Source of the DNA: a virus
Taxonomy: Duplodnaviria; Caudoviricetes
IMG/VR virus record: IMGVR_UViG_3300020045_008200
Span: 1 to 26,085 of that record
Length of the DNA: 26,085 nucleotides
Direction: 5' to 3' (one strand)
The notes under the pieces are model-generated. The model was not told the DNA's origin, made no database searches, and worked only from the letters and a program-made list of their open reading frames with translations. Of this stretch, positions 24,526-26,085 are shown piece by piece; within the stretch, counting starts at the first letter, position 1; the number at the start of each line of letters is the position of its first letter. The translations under genes were made by a program, and so were the position numbers.

Positions 24526-24535
24526 AGATTAATAA

Positions 24536-25447
24536 TTATGCGATTGGTCTAGCCCATACAATTTCTTCACCATTGTAGTACTGAACACCTGCATTATATA
24601 CCATTGTTCCGATAACTAAACCGTTCAACATTGTTTCGTCTTGGTCTACTAATCTTAATTCGTTGTGGTCTGCTAAAAGTCCAGTCCCGAATACTAAGTT
24701 TTTAGGCTCTGCGATAATTACTGTTGAAGCAGGCAAAGCAGATAATTCTTCTATTTTATATTTACCAAAGATTAAGTTTGTGTTTGCATCACCTCCTAAT
24801 CCGTTAGAAATTCCTTTAGAAATTAACCAAAAGTTATATGCTTGTGCTACATCAGAAGAAACTCCAATTCTCAAAGGTTTTTTTCTCATTGCTAATGGAA
24901 TAGCAGAAAGAGCTTGTTTCAATTGAGCCTCCACATTTGATTCAGAAGTTGCAGCCGCAAAATCTACATCAATAACATCCGCATCAGCTAAAAACAATTT
25001 CAAGAAACCGTCAAACTCTGTAGGGTTTATGCTGTCTCCATTCCAAATGTTATCATCTAATTCTGCAGAAGTTTGAGCCAATTTTTCAACTGTGATAGCA
25101 TCCATAATATCTTTAGGAGCATTATCATTGTGAGCTGATGCACCCATACTTTCTTCTGACCATTGCGCTCTAAAATCTTCTTTACAAATTTCAAAGTCAT
25201 CTTTAAATTTGATAGGCTCTAAAACCTTTTCAGATAAAGTAATTGAACCAGCAGGAAGGAATCCACAAGTATAAGCTCTCTTGCCTCCTGTTAATTCAAT
25301 CTTTCTAAGATTCAATTTAAAATTAATGTTTTCGAAAGTAGTAACGAAACCGCTTGCGATTGTGTCTGCTTCTCTAAAAGCCTGACCGATAATTCCGCCT
25401 GCTTCCTTGCCTGCGTAATTTGATGTAACTGATACTACTGTTGCCAT
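24536..25447 (-). CDS. Major capsid protein
   Basis: 303 aa; 'TSNYAG', 'EICKEDFRAQW', 'IWNGD...FDGFL', 'NLVFGTGLLADHNE' as in Bacteroidota phage capsids; preceded by a scaffold-like gene and followed by a terminator. Confidence 0.8.
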   Translation of the reverse strand: MATVVSVTSNYAGKEAGGIIGQAFREADTIASGFVTTFENINFKLNLRKIELTGGKRAYTCGFLPAGSITLSEKVLEPIKFKDDFEICKEDFRAQWSEESMGASAHNDNAPKDIMDAITVEKLAQTSAELDDNIWNGDSINPTEFDGFLKLFLADADVIDVDFAAATSESNVEAQLKQALSAIPLAMRKKPLRIGVSSDVAQAYNFWLISKGISNGLGGDANTNLIFGKYKIEELSALPASTVIIAEPKNLVFGTGLLADHNELRLVDQDETMLNGLVIGTMVYNAGVQYYNGEEIVWARPIA

Positions 25448-25464
25448 GTTTTATTTTTTTGTTT

Positions 25465-25824
25465 TTAAAATTCTTTTATTTTATCTATTGTTGAGTCAAC
25501 TAATCCCCATGCTTTTAATGCGTCTGAATATCCGGGAATGGAACCTACTGGAACTCCTAATTCTTTCGCTTTAGTTTCGGTTAAACTTGTCAATTTGCCT
25601 TGTTCTGATTTAATTTTTTCAGACATAGAAGATTGAGATTGCATAGCTTTATATGCGCTTTGAAAATTTTCAATTGATTTTAATAATTTACTATTTTCAG
25701 ATTGCAAAACCGTAACGCTTGCTTTTAAATCGTCCGTCAATGCTAAATTTACATTTACATTTTCTAATGATTCCGACTTCACCGCATTTAAATTTAAAGC
25801 GATTCTCTCTCTAGCCGTACTCAT
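25465..25824 (-). CDS. Coiled-coil protein between scaffold and capsid genes (possible internal head protein)
   Basis: 119 aa, heptad pattern, 'KAKELGV'. Confidence 0.7.
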   Translation of the reverse strand: MSTARERIALNLNAVKSESLENVNVNLALTDDLKASVTVLQSENSKLLKSIENFQSAYKAMQSQSSMSEKIKSEQGKLTSLTETKAKELGVPVGSIPGYSDALKAWGLVDSTIDKIKEF

Positions 25825-26085
25825 TATTTTTTTGCTTGGTTTAGTCTTGCTTGTAATCTTTCTTTTGCGTTTCTAGGTGCGATTTCTTGTACTTCTTTTT
25901 GTTTAGTTAAAGATACTTCAACTTCTTTTTTTGATTCAATGTGAGCCATTAAACGAGTCTCCATAGCTTCAATTTGTTTTCCCATTTCCTGAGCGAATTG
26001 GTAAAACACTTCTTGTGTGTGTTTTTCACTTTTAACCGTAGGAGTAGTTGCAGGTGCGCTTTGCATTTCAGTAGGCGAGTTGTCT
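25824..26085 (-). CDS. Scaffolding-like protein, C-terminal part (start outside the window)
   Basis: Frame open past the Met at 26066 to the window edge; basic C-terminal helix KERLQARLNQAKK. Confidence 0.6.
   Translation of the reverse strand, partial: DNSPTEMQSAPATTPTVKSEKHTQEVFYQFAQEMGKQIEAMETRLMAHIESKKEVEVSLTKQKEVQEIAPRNAKERLQARLNQAKK

Noticed and set aside
18424-24926. Plus-strand ORFs inside the fibre, portal and capsid genes (18424, 18763, 18958, 20212, 22271, 24663)
   Set aside because: Codon-bias mirror frames of structural genes
1-26085. CRISPR array, diversity-generating retroelement, integrase/att site, intron or intein
   Set aside because: No regularly spaced repeats with unique spacers, no RT or recombinase motifs, and terL, helicase and thyA are of ordinary length

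Overview
AT-rich (roughly 30% GC by eye), gene-dense fragment of a tailed dsDNA phage or prophage of a Bacteroidota (Flavobacterium-like) host, judged from TAnnTTTG promoters, A-rich translation starts and 'Q-rule' signal peptides. Most genes are on the minus strand. From right to left: scaffold-like protein, major capsid, major tail protein, a 2-gene plus-strand insert, portal, head-tail adaptor, fibre anchor, 819-aa fibre-like protein and lysis cassette; a plus-strand SSB/ERF recombination operon; then leftward early genes, thyA, a replication initiator with iterons, primase-helicase, RusA, many small ORFs, a tRNA-like element, an ECF-type sigma factor, TerS, TerL, a DNA methyltransferase and tail-assembly genes. 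No integrase, DNA polymerase, reverse transcriptase or CRISPR array is visible. Best unannotated signals: (1) a -1 frameshift/dual-coding region at 1230-1486; (2) a twice-repeated, identically spaced late-promoter motif ACAA-N13-CGTTATA-N5-ATGAAAGTT, probably read by the phage sigma factor; (3) a kissing-loop RNA leader upstream of the replication operon; (4) an Ala-identity tRNA mimic with TAA-TAA-TAG in place of the anticodon, in the sigma-factor leader; (5) a fibre-like protein with a Sec signal peptide, separated from its virion-anchor domain; (6) four small genes with internal stops. All product calls rest on motif recognition, not database searches.
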